From NCBI RefSeq assembly GCF_000298215.1, contig NZ_BAHD01000001.1, positions 1 through 32,000 of the forward strand: DNA of 32,000 bases. The letters are read 5' to 3'. Positions 1-8,217 of the stretch are shown here, in pieces (the stretch's first letter is position 1; each line of letters begins with the position of its first letter). This stretch comes from Kineosphaera limosa NBRC 100340 (GTDB taxonomy: Bacteria; Actinomycetota; Actinomycetes; Actinomycetales; Dermatophilaceae). Under the pieces are notes generated by a model. It worked only from the letters and a program-made list of their open reading frames with translations. It ran no database searches and had not been told where the DNA came from. Made by a program: the position numbers and the translations under genes.

Positions 1-372
1 GACCGCCTCAGCGGCGACGGACCCCTCGACGGGTTGCTGCAGGGTCTGTTCAGCAACCCCGTCGGCGACTGGTTCTTCATGATCTCGCTGCTGCTCATCG
101 GCGTGGCCTTCATCGCGGGTGCAGGCCTGCGGCTGGCCGGCATCGGCGGTGCGATCCTCATGGCGATGATGTTCTTCGTCGCTCTGCCCACTGCCTCGGC
201 CATGGTCGATGGCGAGTTGGTGCGAGGAGCGACCAACCCGATCGTCGACGCCCACTGGATCGAGGCGCTCGTGCTGCTGATCTGCGCCGCCACGCTGGCC
301 GGTGACACCGCCGGCCTGGGCAAGTGGTGGGCCCGGCAGGGCATCGTCCGCAAGTTCCCCTGGCTGCGCTGA
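1..372 (+). CDS. Integral membrane protein, 3' part (DoxX-like by resemblance; 5' end lies outside the window)
   Basis: Frame 1 is open from base 1, with no in-frame stop ahead of the listed TTG at 34, and ends at TGA 370-372. Hydrophobic helices are present (FFMISLLLIGVAFIAGAGL, ILMAMMFFVAL, IEALVLLICAATLAG) and GC3 bias is strong. The family name is tentative. Confidence 0.6.
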   Translation, partial: DRLSGDGPLDGLLQGLFSNPVGDWFFMISLLLIGVAFIAGAGLRLAGIGGAILMAMMFFVALPTASAMVDGELVRGATNPIVDAHWIEALVLLICAATLAGDTAGLGKWWARQGIVRKFPWLR

Positions 373-522
373 GCTCCCCTGCAGCTGCTCCCGTGCAGCG
401 GCTGTAGCGCTTCATCGAGGACGGCCCGGCGGGCAGCGCGACCACGTCGCATAGCATGACGACTGGTCGGCACCCGCCCGGCCGTTCTGCCGTTCTCCCC
501 AGCTGACAGGGGGCGTCACATC

Positions 523-1974
523 GTGACCGACCACCACCCGACCGCCGTCATCGTGCTCGCCGCCGGGGAGGGGACGCGGATGAAGTCCGCCCGGCCCAAG
601 GTGCTCCACATGATCGGCGGGCGCTCGCTGCTGGGGCACGCGATCGCCGCCGCGCAGGGACTGAGCCCGACCCACCTGGCGGTCGTCGTGCGGCACGAGC
701 GCGATCGCGTCGCCGACCACGTCAAGCAGGTGTGCCCGCAGGCGGTCGTCGCCGACCAGGACGAGGTCAAGGGCACCGGCCGCGCCACCGAGTGCGGGCT
801 GGAGGCGCTGCCGGCCGACCTGAGCGGCACCGTGCTCGTCACGTACGGCGACGTGCCGCTGCTGACCACCACGGCCCTGCAGGAGCTCGTCGTCGCGCAC
901 GAGCAGACGGCGTCTGCTGTGACGGTCATGACCGCCCGCGTGCCCGACCCCACCGGCTACGGCCGGGTGCTACGCGACGAGACCGGGCAGGTCGTCGGCA
1001 TCGTCGAGCAGAAGGATGCCGACGAGGCGCAGCGGGCCATCGACGAGATCAACTCCGGTATCTACGCCTTCGACGCCGCCCTGCTGCGCTCGGCGCTGGC
1101 TCAGGTCGGTACCGACAACGCCCAGGGCGAGAAGTACCTGACCGATGTCGTGGGCGTCGCCCACCGCGAGGGCCGGCGCGTCGGCGCGCACGTGCTGAGC
1201 GACCTGTGGCAGACCGAGGGCGTCAACGACCGCGTGCAGCTCGCGGCCCTGGGGGCCGAACTGAACCGCCGCGTCGTCGAGCGGCACATGCGGGCCGGCG
1301 TCACGGTCGTCGACCCGGCCACCACCTGGATCGACGTCGAGGTCGCCATCGGCGCCGACACGACGATCCTGCCCAACACGCAGTTGCTCGGCGCCACGAC
1401 GATCGGTGCCAACGCGACCATCGGCCCCGACACCACGCTGACCGACATGGAGGTCGGCGACGGCGCGACGATCATCCGCACGCACGGCAGCCTGTCGGTC
1501 ATCGGCGAGGGTGCCGGCGTCGGGCCGTTCGCCTATCTGCGCCCGAACAGCCGGCTCGACGCCAAGGGCAAGATCGGCACGTTCGTCGAGACCAAGAACT
1601 CCACGATCGGCGCCGGCAGCAAGGTGCCGCACCTGACGTACGTGGGCGATGCGACGATCGGCGTCGGCAGCAACATCGGCGCCGCCAGCGTGTTCGTCAA
1701 CTACGACGGGGTCAACAAGGCCCGCACCACGATCGGCGACCACTGCCGCCTCGGCAGCGACAACATGTACGTCGCTCCGGTCACCGTCGGCGACGGTGCT
1801 TACAGCGGCGCCGGCACGATCATCCGCAAAGACGTGCCGCCGGGGGCGTTGGCGATCAGCGTCGCCCCGCAGCGAAATATGCTCGGGTGGGTGGTGGCCA
1901 ATCGGCCGGGCACAGCGGCCGCCGAGGCTGCGCAAGCCGCCGCGACGGACGAGGGCGAGGGCGAGCCCGCATGA
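523..1974 (+). CDS. glmU: Bifunctional UDP-N-acetylglucosamine pyrophosphorylase / glucosamine-1-phosphate N-acetyltransferase
   Basis: GTG start at 523 with AGGGGG 9 nt upstream. The N-terminus carries the nucleotidyltransferase signature AVIVLAAGEGTRMKSARPKVLH. The C-terminal half is a left-handed beta-helix of hexapeptide repeats (IGAGSKVPHLTYVGDATIGVGSNIGAASVFVNYDG). The stop overlaps the prs start (ATGA at 1971-1974). Confidence 0.97.
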   Translation: MTDHHPTAVIVLAAGEGTRMKSARPKVLHMIGGRSLLGHAIAAAQGLSPTHLAVVVRHERDRVADHVKQVCPQAVVADQDEVKGTGRATECGLEALPADLSGTVLVTYGDVPLLTTTALQELVVAHEQTASAVTVMTARVPDPTGYGRVLRDETGQVVGIVEQKDADEAQRAIDEINSGIYAFDAALLRSALAQVGTDNAQGEKYLTDVVGVAHREGRRVGAHVLSDLWQTEGVNDRVQLAALGAELNRRVVERHMRAGVTVVDPATTWIDVEVAIGADTTILPNTQLLGATTIGANATIGPDTTLTDMEVGDGATIIRTHGSLSVIGEGAGVGPFAYLRPNSRLDAKGKIGTFVETKNSTIGAGSKVPHLTYVGDATIGVGSNIGAASVFVNYDGVNKARTTIGDHCRLGSDNMYVAPVTVGDGAYSGAGTIIRKDVPPGALAISVAPQRNMLGWVVANRPGTAAAEAAQAAATDEGEGEPA

Positions 1975-2951
1975 CCAGCCTGAAGCGCACCACCGAGAAG
2001 AACCTCATGCTGCTCAGCGGGCGGGCGCACCCTGAGCTGGCCCAAGAGGTCGCCGACTGCCTCGGCATCACGCTCGTGCCGACGACCGCGTACGAGTTCG
2101 CCAACAGCGAGATCTACGTGCGGTTCGAGGAGTCGGTGCGCGGCAGCGACGCCTTCGTCATCCAGAGCCACACGGCGCCGATCAACGAGTGGATCATGGA
2201 GCACCTCATCATGGTCGACGCGCTGAAGCGGGCGTCGGCCAAGCGGATCACCGTGGTGCTGCCGTTCTACGGCTACGCGCGGCAGGACAAGAAGCACCGC
2301 GGGCGCGAGCCGATCTCCGCGCGGCTCATGGCGGACCTGTTCAAGGCGGCCGGGGCGGACCGGTTGATCTGCGTGGACCTGCACACCGCGCAGATCCAGG
2401 GCTTCTTCGACGGGCCGGTCGACCACCTGCAGGCGATGCCGATCCTCACCGACTACGTGCACGACAAGTACGGCGATCAGCCGATGACGATCGTCTCGCC
2501 GGACGCGGGGCGCATCAAGGTCGCCGAGCAGTGGAGCAAGCGGCTGGACGGGGCGCCGCTGGCGTTCATCCACAAGACCCGCGACATCAGCCGCCCGAAC
2601 CAGTCGGTGGCCAACCGGCTCGTCGGCGAGGTCGAGGGCCGGCTGGCGATCCTCGTCGATGACATGATCGACTCCGGCGGCACGATCTGCCAGGCCGCCG
2701 ACGCGATCATGGAGGCCGGCGCCACCGGTGTCGTCATCGCCGCGACCCACGCGATCTTCTCCGACCCGGCGACGCAGCGGCTCCGGGCGAACGTGGCGCA
2801 GGAGGTCATCGTGACCAACACCCTGCCGCTGCCGCCGGAGCACCAGTTCGACAAGCTCACCGTGCTCTCCATCGCGCCGCTGATCAGCCAGGCGATCCAC
2901 GAGGTCTTCGACGACGGATCCGTCACCCGCCTCTTCGACAACGGCGAGTAG
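1971..2951 (+). CDS. prs: Ribose-phosphate pyrophosphokinase (PRPP synthetase)
   Basis: This is the internal ATG at 1971 of the 732..2951 ORF. The sequence MTSLKRTTEKNLMLLSGRAHPELAQEVADCLG...YGYARQDKK...LVDDMIDSGGT is a canonical Prs with the PRPP-binding loop. The upstream 413 codons of the listed ORF are an Arg/Pro/Gly-rich off-frame read across glmU. Confidence 0.97.
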   Translation: MTSLKRTTEKNLMLLSGRAHPELAQEVADCLGITLVPTTAYEFANSEIYVRFEESVRGSDAFVIQSHTAPINEWIMEHLIMVDALKRASAKRITVVLPFYGYARQDKKHRGREPISARLMADLFKAAGADRLICVDLHTAQIQGFFDGPVDHLQAMPILTDYVHDKYGDQPMTIVSPDAGRIKVAEQWSKRLDGAPLAFIHKTRDISRPNQSVANRLVGEVEGRLAILVDDMIDSGGTICQAADAIMEAGATGVVIAATHAIFSDPATQRLRANVAQEVIVTNTLPLPPEHQFDKLTVLSIAPLISQAIHEVFDDGSVTRLFDNGE

Positions 2952-2968
2952 CTACCGCGCCTGTCTCC

Positions 2969-4081
2969 CTAGGGCCGGTCGCCCGGGTTGTTGCGCGTCG
3001 AGGGCTGCGGTCGCGGCGCCGGTGTCCGGGAGAGGCGAGGGGCCGGAGCCGGCTGGGTCACCCCGTCGACCTGCACGAACGCCTCCCTGTCGCGCAGGTG
3101 CGGGTGGGCCGCCGCCTCCGCGTAGGTCAGCACGGGGGTGACGCAGGCGTCGGTGTCGAAGAAGAGCTGCGCCCACTCGTCCCGGGTGCGGTCGGCGAAG
3201 GCGTCGGTCAGGGCTGTGCGCAGCTCACCCCACCGGTCCCGCTCCCATTGGCCGGGCAGGTCGGCGGGGTCGAGCTGCAGTCCGGCGAGCAGCGCGGCAA
3301 AGAACTTCGGCTCGATGGGGCCGACCGCCACGTAGCGGCCGTCGGCGCAGGCGTAGGTCGTGTAGAAGGGCGCGGAACCGTCGAGCAGGTTGCTGCCGCG
3401 GCCGCTGTGCCAGGCGTCTTGGGCGCGCAGCGACCACTGCATCTGGGCGAGCACGCTGGTGCCGTCGACGATCGCGGCGTCGACGACCTGCCCCCGACCC
3501 GACCGCTCCCGCTCCCATAGGGCGGCGAGGATGCCGGTGACGAGGAACATCGATCCGCCACCGAAGTCGCCGACGAGGTTCAGCGGCGGCATGGGTGGGC
3601 CGTCGCCGGGGCCCATGTTGTCGAGCACGCCGGTGACCGAGATGTAATTGATGTCGTGGCCCGCGCGGTGGGCCCACGGTCCGTCCTGCCCCCAGCCGGT
3701 CATGCGGCCGTAGACGAGCCGCGGATTGCGCTGCAGGCAGACGTCAGGCCCCAGGCCGAGTCGCTCCAGCACCCCGGGGCGAAAGCCCTCGACGAGGACG
3801 TCCGCCTCGTCGAGCAACCCCAGCACCTGCGCCACCCCGTCGGCGGATTTCAGGTCGGCGGTGACGATCCGCCGCCCGCGCAGCATCGCGTCGTCGCTCG
3901 GGCGGACTCCCGGGAACAGCTCGGGCGTCTCCTCCCGCTCGACCCGCACGACGCTTGCGCCGAGGTCGGACAGCACCATGGCGGCGTGCGGGCCGGGGCC
4001 GATGCTGGCGAGCTCGACCACGCGCAGTCCGGCCAGCGGGCCCGCTGCGGGGGAGGGTGAGGCGTGCTCGTCGAGGGGCAT
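2969..4081 (-). CDS. Family III CoA-transferase (CaiB/BaiF; alpha-methylacyl-CoA racemase-like)
   Basis: [34 protein letters not shown] and [10 protein letters not shown] are typical of the CaiB/BaiF/Mcr fold. The start is assigned to ATG (CAT at 4079-4081), giving MPLDEH. The 46 codons further upstream run through a non-triplet tandem repeat and are not credible coding sequence. Confidence 0.85.
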   Translation of the reverse strand: MPLDEHASPSPAAGPLAGLRVVELASIGPGPHAAMVLSDLGASVVRVEREETPELFPGVRPSDDAMLRGRRIVTADLKSADGVAQVLGLLDEADVLVEGFRPGVLERLGLGPDVCLQRNPRLVYGRMTGWGQDGPWAHRAGHDINYISVTGVLDNMGPGDGPPMPPLNLVGDFGGGSMFLVTGILAALWERERSGRGQVVDAAIVDGTSVLAQMQWSLRAQDAWHSGRGSNLLDGSAPFYTTYACADGRYVAVGPIEPKFFAALLAGLQLDPADLPGQWERDRWGELRTALTDAFADRTRDEWAQLFFDTDACVTPVLTYAEAAAHPHLRDREAFVQVDGVTQPAPAPRLSRTPAPRPQPSTRNNPGDRP

Positions 4082-4096
4082 GCGCGCATCGTGGGT

Positions 4097-4208
4097 GGTG
4101 CGGGGGCGCCCCGTCAACAGGGTGCGGCCGCGCCACGTCGACAGGGGTGCGGCCGCGCCACGTCGACAGGGGTGCGGCCGCGCCACGTCGACAGGGGTGC
4201 GGCCGTGC
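4097..4208. repeat. 25-bp tandem repeat with about 4.5 copies (unit GGTGCGGCCGCGCCACGTCGACAGG)
   Basis: Three perfect copies lie at 4121-4145, 4146-4170 and 4171-4195. A degenerate 24-nt copy sits at 4097-4120 and a truncated copy at 4196-4208. Each unit carries the palindromes GCGGCCGC and GTCGAC. The repeat lies in the 231-bp divergent intergenic region between the CoA-transferase and SDR genes. Confidence 0.95.
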
Positions 4209-4312
4209 CTCGCCCCCATGGCACGGTAGGGAGGGCGACGCCTGAGCCGTCGCCTGCAGCGATGCCGGTACCAGCCGCGTCGACGCAGCAGCGGACGAAG
4301 GAGTCACAGCAC

Positions 4313-5140
4313 ATGGGCAAGCTCGACGGCAAGGTCGCGATCGTCACCGGGTCGGGGCGGGGCATCGGGCGCGAGATCGCGCTGAAGCTCGCCGGCGACG
4401 GGGCGGCCGTCGTTGTCAACGACCTCGACGAGGCTCCGGCGGCGGAGACGGTCGCGGCCATCGAGGCGCTGGGGTCGCGGGCGGTTGCCTGCGTGGGCAG
4501 CGTGACGGACGACGGTTTCGCGGAGCGTTACGTGCAGGCGGCGGTCGACGCCTTCGGGGGGCTCGACATCGTCGTCAACAACGCGGGCTACACGTGGGAC
4601 GCGGTGGTGCAGAAGATGTCGGACGAGCAGTGGGACGCGATCCTCGACGTGCATCTCAAGGCCCCGTTCCGCATCCTGCGGGCGGCGCAGCCGGTGATCT
4701 CGGCGGCGGCCAAGGCGGCGCAGGCGGCGGGGGAGCCGGTGCCGTGCCGCAAGGTCGTCAACATCTCCTCGATCGCCGGGCTGGGTGGCAACGTCGGTCA
4801 GGCGAATTACGCGGCGGCCAAGGCGGGCGTCACCGGACTGACGAAGACGCTGGCTAAAGAGTGGGGCCGGTACAACGTGACGGTCAACGCGGTCGCGTTC
4901 GGCCTCATCCTCACTCGCCTGACGACCGGCTCCGCCGGAGACAGCTCGATCGAGGTCGAGGGCCGCCACATCAAGGTCGGGATGAACCCCCAGCTCATGA
5001 GCACGATGGAGGCGATGATCCCCCTCGGTCGCGGCGGCACCCCGGCCGAGGCGGCCGGCGCCGTCTATCTGTTCTGCATCCCCGAGTCCGACTACGTCTC
5101 CGGCCAGACCCTGGTCGCCGGCGGCGGCTTCGTCATGTGA
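4313..5140 (+). CDS. Short-chain dehydrogenase/reductase (FabG-like 3-oxoacyl reductase family)
   Basis: ATG at 4313 is preceded by GAAGGAG (4297-4303). The cofactor motif is KVAIVTGSGRGIGREIA, followed by NNAG and the catalytic S...YAAAK triad (ISSIAG...NYAAAKAG). The upstream part of the listed 4064 ORF crosses the tandem repeat and is rejected. Confidence 0.9.
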   Translation: MGKLDGKVAIVTGSGRGIGREIALKLAGDGAAVVVNDLDEAPAAETVAAIEALGSRAVACVGSVTDDGFAERYVQAAVDAFGGLDIVVNNAGYTWDAVVQKMSDEQWDAILDVHLKAPFRILRAAQPVISAAAKAAQAAGEPVPCRKVVNISSIAGLGGNVGQANYAAAKAGVTGLTKTLAKEWGRYNVTVNAVAFGLILTRLTTGSAGDSSIEVEGRHIKVGMNPQLMSTMEAMIPLGRGGTPAEAAGAVYLFCIPESDYVSGQTLVAGGGFVM

Positions 5141-6566
5141 GTTCGCCGGCCAGCAGCGGGCGTAGGCGCCGGATGGCGTCGCCGATGTCGGCGGCCGAAG
5201 GGGTGGCGACGTAGCTGATCCGCAGATGCGGGCTCGGTTCGCCACTGGGGGAGTAGCTGGTGCCCGGCGTCAGCGCGACCCCGGCGCTCAAGGCGGCGGC
5301 CGCGAACTGGCCCGCCTCGAGGTGGGCGGGCAGCCGCAGCCACAGGTGGTAGCCGCCGCGCGGGCGCAGCGGCAGCGCGTGCGGTCCGAAAACCTCGCGG
5401 ACCGCGTCGACGGCGACGGTGCGGCGGTGGGTGAGTGCGGCGGCCAGCGTCGCCAAGTTGCGCCGCCACGCGGGGGCCGTCACCACCTCCAGGGCCGTGA
5501 ACTGCAGCGGAGCCGGCACGAACATCGTGTCGATGATGTGCGCCGCCCGCAGCCGAGCCATGACGGGACCGCGGGCGGCCAACCCGCCGACCCGCAGGTT
5601 GGGGGACGTCACCTTCGTCAGCGACCGAATGTGGATGACGACCCCGTCGGGATCGTCGGCGATGAGCGGCGGCGGCAGGGTGGGTGTGTCGGTGTGCCTC
5701 ATGTGCCGGGCGTAATCGTCTTCGACGATGAAGGCCCCGTGGCTGCGGGCGATCCGCAGCAGTTCGCGCTGCCGCTGCGGGGTCGTGCAGGCGCCGGTGG
5801 GGTTCTGGAAGAGCGGCTGAGTGACGATGATCCGCGCGCGGGTGCGGGCGACGGCCTCCTCCAAGTACTCGGGCACCGGGCCGTGGGTGTCGATCGGCAC
5901 CGGGATCGGGCGCAGCCCGGTGGCGTGAACTGCGGCGATCGTGCCCGGATACGTCGGTGTCTCGACGATGACCGGATCGCCCGGCTGGCCGAGCGCGCGC
6001 AGCACGGTGCCCATCGCGCCCTGCCCGGCGCCGCACACCAGCACGTCGTGCCGGCCCAGGCCCCCGCCGATGTCGGCCGCGAACCAGTCCCGCAACTCCG
6101 GCAGCCCACCCACTGGTGGGCGATCCCAGGCCGCCGGCCGGCGCGCGGCGCGGGCTAGGGCGCTGCCGAGGGAGCCGATCGGCTGGAGGTCGGGGTGCAG
6201 GTAGCCGCCGTTGAGGTCGGCGACCTCGGGGCCCGGCGAGGAGAGCGTGCCGAGCATCGCCGCCCCGCCGAACGATCGCGCTCCGTGATCGATGCCGGGT
6301 GTCGGCGCCAAGGCTGCCTCTTGCCAGGAGGTGTCCCCGACGGCCGGTGCCGGCCTGGTCGCGGTGCGGAAGGTGCCGGCCCCCGGCCGCGACTCCACGA
6401 GTCCTCGTTGGGTCAACAACGCCAGCGCCTGGGAGACAGTAGTAGCGCTCACCTCGAACCGCCGGACGAGCTCCCGATGCGTCGGTATCCGCGAACCGGC
6501 AGGCAGAGGATCGATCTCCGTCGCGAGAGTGGCGGCCAGTTCAACCGAACTGCTACTGTCATTCAT
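5133..6566 (-). CDS. MocR/GntR-family transcriptional regulator with a fused PLP-dependent aminotransferase-like domain
   Basis: The start is the internal ATG (CAT at 6564-6566) of the 635-aa ORF. The N-terminal winged helix is RIPTHRELVRRFEVSATTVSQALALLTQRGLVESRPGAGTF. A fold-type I aminotransferase domain follows, with candidate PLP-lysine motif IRSLTKVTSPNLRVGG. The 3' end overlaps the convergent SDR gene by 8 bp (5133-5140). Confidence 0.87.
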   Translation of the reverse strand: MNDSSSSVELAATLATEIDPLPAGSRIPTHRELVRRFEVSATTVSQALALLTQRGLVESRPGAGTFRTATRPAPAVGDTSWQEAALAPTPGIDHGARSFGGAAMLGTLSSPGPEVADLNGGYLHPDLQPIGSLGSALARAARRPAAWDRPPVGGLPELRDWFAADIGGGLGRHDVLVCGAGQGAMGTVLRALGQPGDPVIVETPTYPGTIAAVHATGLRPIPVPIDTHGPVPEYLEEAVARTRARIIVTQPLFQNPTGACTTPQRQRELLRIARSHGAFIVEDDYARHMRHTDTPTLPPPLIADDPDGVVIHIRSLTKVTSPNLRVGGLAARGPVMARLRAAHIIDTMFVPAPLQFTALEVVTAPAWRRNLATLAAALTHRRTVAVDAVREVFGPHALPLRPRGGYHLWLRLPAHLEAGQFAAAALSAGVALTPGTSYSPSGEPSPHLRISYVATPSAADIGDAIRRLRPLLAGELT

Positions 6567-7467
6567 GAGTAGCAATAGTAGCGCTATCGCCCCGACCTCA
6601 GTATCGCCACTGGTCGGCGGAACCGCCCTAGCGGGCCTCGGAGTGTTGAGCTTCTCGTTGAGCTTTCCCGCCACAGTTGCCGCGCTCGGCGGCTTCGGAC
6701 CCTGGACCACCTCGGGTCTGCGTGGGGTGCTGGCAGCCGCGCTCGCGGCAACCGCGCTACTGGCGTTTCGGGTGCCGCTGCCCCAGCGCCGCGACTGGCC
6801 CGGCCTGGCCGTCGTCTCTCTCGGCTGCGTTCTCGGATTTCCGCTGCTCACGGCGCTCGCCCTGCAGACCTCCTCGACGGCCCATTCCGCGGTCGTCATC
6901 GGAGCCCTGCCCATGGCCACCGCGACCATCGCGGCGCTGCGCACGGGCCGGCATCCGAGTCCGGTGTTCTGGGCAGCGGCTGGGGCCGGAGGCGCCATCG
7001 TCGTCGCGTTCGCGCTCACCCAGAGCCACGGCCGGCCCACGCTCGCCGACCTCTACCTGCTGATCGCCCTCCTGGGCTGCGCCGCCGGCTACGCCGAGGG
7101 TGGTCGGCTGTCGGCCCACCTGCCGTCGTGGACCGTCATCGCCTGGGCCGTCGTGCTCGGTGCCCCGCTGAATCTGTTGATCTCGGGGGTGGCGCTCGCG
7201 CACGAGCCGGTGCACGTCACCTTCACCGCGCTGCTGGGCCTGATCTACATCGCGGCGATCTCCCAGTTCGGCGGCTTCGTCCTCTGGTACCGCGGCATGA
7301 GCCTCATCGGCGTGGCCAAGGCCAGCCAGCTGCAACTCGCGCAGCCGCTGCTCACCCTCGTCTGGGCCGTGCTGCTGCTCGGCGAGCACCTCACCCCGGC
7401 CGTGCCGCTGACCGCCCTGGCCGTGCTCGCGTGCATCGTCGTCACCCAGCGAGCCCGGGCGGCTTAG
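6565..7467 (+). CDS. EamA/DMT-superfamily transporter (about 10 TM helices)
   Basis: ATG at 6565 gives MSSNSSAIAP. Two EamA-like halves are rich in hydrophobic helices (LAGLGVLSFSLSFP..., IYIAAISQFGGFVLWYRGMSLIG). It is divergent from the MocR regulator, a pairing known for this regulator family. The exact start is uncertain. Confidence 0.83.
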   Translation: MSSNSSAIAPTSVSPLVGGTALAGLGVLSFSLSFPATVAALGGFGPWTTSGLRGVLAAALAATALLAFRVPLPQRRDWPGLAVVSLGCVLGFPLLTALALQTSSTAHSAVVIGALPMATATIAALRTGRHPSPVFWAAAGAGGAIVVAFALTQSHGRPTLADLYLLIALLGCAAGYAEGGRLSAHLPSWTVIAWAVVLGAPLNLLISGVALAHEPVHVTFTALLGLIYIAAISQFGGFVLWYRGMSLIGVAKASQLQLAQPLLTLVWAVLLLGEHLTPAVPLTALAVLACIVVTQRARAA

Positions 7468-7880
7468 GTGCTGGCCGCGCCCCGGGATGTGGATGCCGCG
7501 GCCAACAGCAGGTCCGTGTGCCCGAAGTCATCGCCCTTGAACAGCAGTTCCTCGCCGGATTCGGCCGCGAGCGCATAAGTCAGGCAATCGCCGAAGTTCA
7601 GCTGGGCCGGGGACCCGGAGCCGCGCCCGTAGCGCCGGTAGGCGGTTCGGGCGCGGGTGGCCTGGCGAGGGGTGACGGGCGCGGTCTCGACCTCTAGTTC
7701 GGCCAGAAGCGCGTCGAGTTCCCGGCTGAGCTGCGTCGACCTCCGATCCGCGACAATCCCGGCTTCGGCGATGGTGGCGGCGCTGGCCTGACACTTGCTG
7801 GTCAGCATCGCCTCCACAAAGGCCGACCGTTCCGGCTCGTCGAAGACGACGGCCAGCAGCGCCGAACTGTCGACGATCAC
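7464..7880 (-). CDS. vapC: Type II toxin VapC (PIN-domain ribonuclease)
   Basis: MIVDSSALLAVVFDEP supplies the first PIN acidic residue, and LNFGDCLTYALA...LLFKGDDF supplies the distal acidic residues. The start overlaps the vapB stop (ATGA at 7877-7880). The 3' end overlaps the convergent EamA gene by 4 bp. Confidence 0.9.
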   Translation of the reverse strand: MIVDSSALLAVVFDEPERSAFVEAMLTSKCQASAATIAEAGIVADRRSTQLSRELDALLAELEVETAPVTPRQATRARTAYRRYGRGSGSPAQLNFGDCLTYALAAESGEELLFKGDDFGHTDLLLAAASTSRGAAST

Positions 7881-8161
7881 CGCGGGAGGCCCGTGACGTC
7901 GTCGTAGAGATCCTCCACGCGCGTGATGTCGGGTGCGTCGGGGCCGGAGGTGGTGCGGCTGACCTCGACATCGATGCGAGCCAGGCGCCGGTTGATGACG
8001 TCCAGTCGCTGCGCACGTCGGTCCTGCGCGGGGTCGACTCCGTGCTGGCTCAGCAGGAGGAGCAGCGCCTCCTCGATCGCGGAGGTCTGCGACTGGCCCG
8101 TCACCGCAGCCGCGCGCCGCGCGAGGGCGTGTACTCGCTCGTTCTTGATGTTCAGGCCCAC
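7877..8161 (-). CDS. vapB: Type II antitoxin VapB (ribbon-helix-helix-like; Rv0623/FitA-like)
   Basis: This 94-aa ORF has a GTG start (CAC at 8159-8161) and lies directly upstream of and overlapping vapC. The N-terminus MGLNIKNERVHALARRAAAVTGQSQTSAIEEAL is typical of VapB antitoxins. Confidence 0.8.
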   Translation of the reverse strand: MGLNIKNERVHALARRAAAVTGQSQTSAIEEALLLLLSQHGVDPAQDRRAQRLDVINRRLARIDVEVSRTTSGPDAPDITRVEDLYDDVTGLPR

Positions 8162-8199
8162 GGTAGAAGGCTACCTGTCAAGGTTCTCTACCGTCTACC
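8162..8199 (-). promoter_or_regulatory. Candidate vapBC operator (GGTAG-type repeats)
   Basis: The minus strand reads GGTAGAcGGTAGAgaaccTTGACAGGTAGCcTTCTACC and is immediately followed by the vapB GTG. That gives three direct GGTAG(A/C) copies and one inverted TCTACC. Type II antitoxins usually autoregulate through such repeats. No convincing -10 element was found. Confidence 0.3.
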
Positions 8200-8217
8200 G
8201 CTCGTTCACCGCCGAGA

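Noticed and set aside
373-522. Possible tRNA or terminator between the membrane-protein gene and glmU
   Set aside because: No cloverleaf-compatible sequence was recognised. Only a weak 5-bp hairpin (GCTGC-tcccgt-GCAGC) without a U-tract is present, which is too weak to call.
732-1970. N-terminal 413 codons of the 739-aa ORF 732..2951, which would make a giant Prs fusion overlapping glmU
   Set aside because: The translation is Arg/Pro/Gly-rich low-complexity sequence, typical of an off-frame read of GC-rich coding DNA. It overlaps the well-supported glmU frame. Canonical Prs begins at ATG 1971, coupled to the glmU stop.
4064-4312. N-terminal extension of the SDR ORF, and the 4219 start of the CoA-transferase ORF, both running across the tandem repeat
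   Set aside because: The 25-bp repeat period is not a multiple of 3, so any frame changes its peptide every unit. A good RBS and ATG exist at 4313, and an ATG at 4081 gives a family-typical N-terminus.
6567-7040. Upstream 158 codons of the 635-aa ORF containing the MocR regulator
   Set aside because: The extension is antisense to the EamA transporter coding region and has no HTH or other motif. The GntR-type winged helix begins shortly after ATG 6566.
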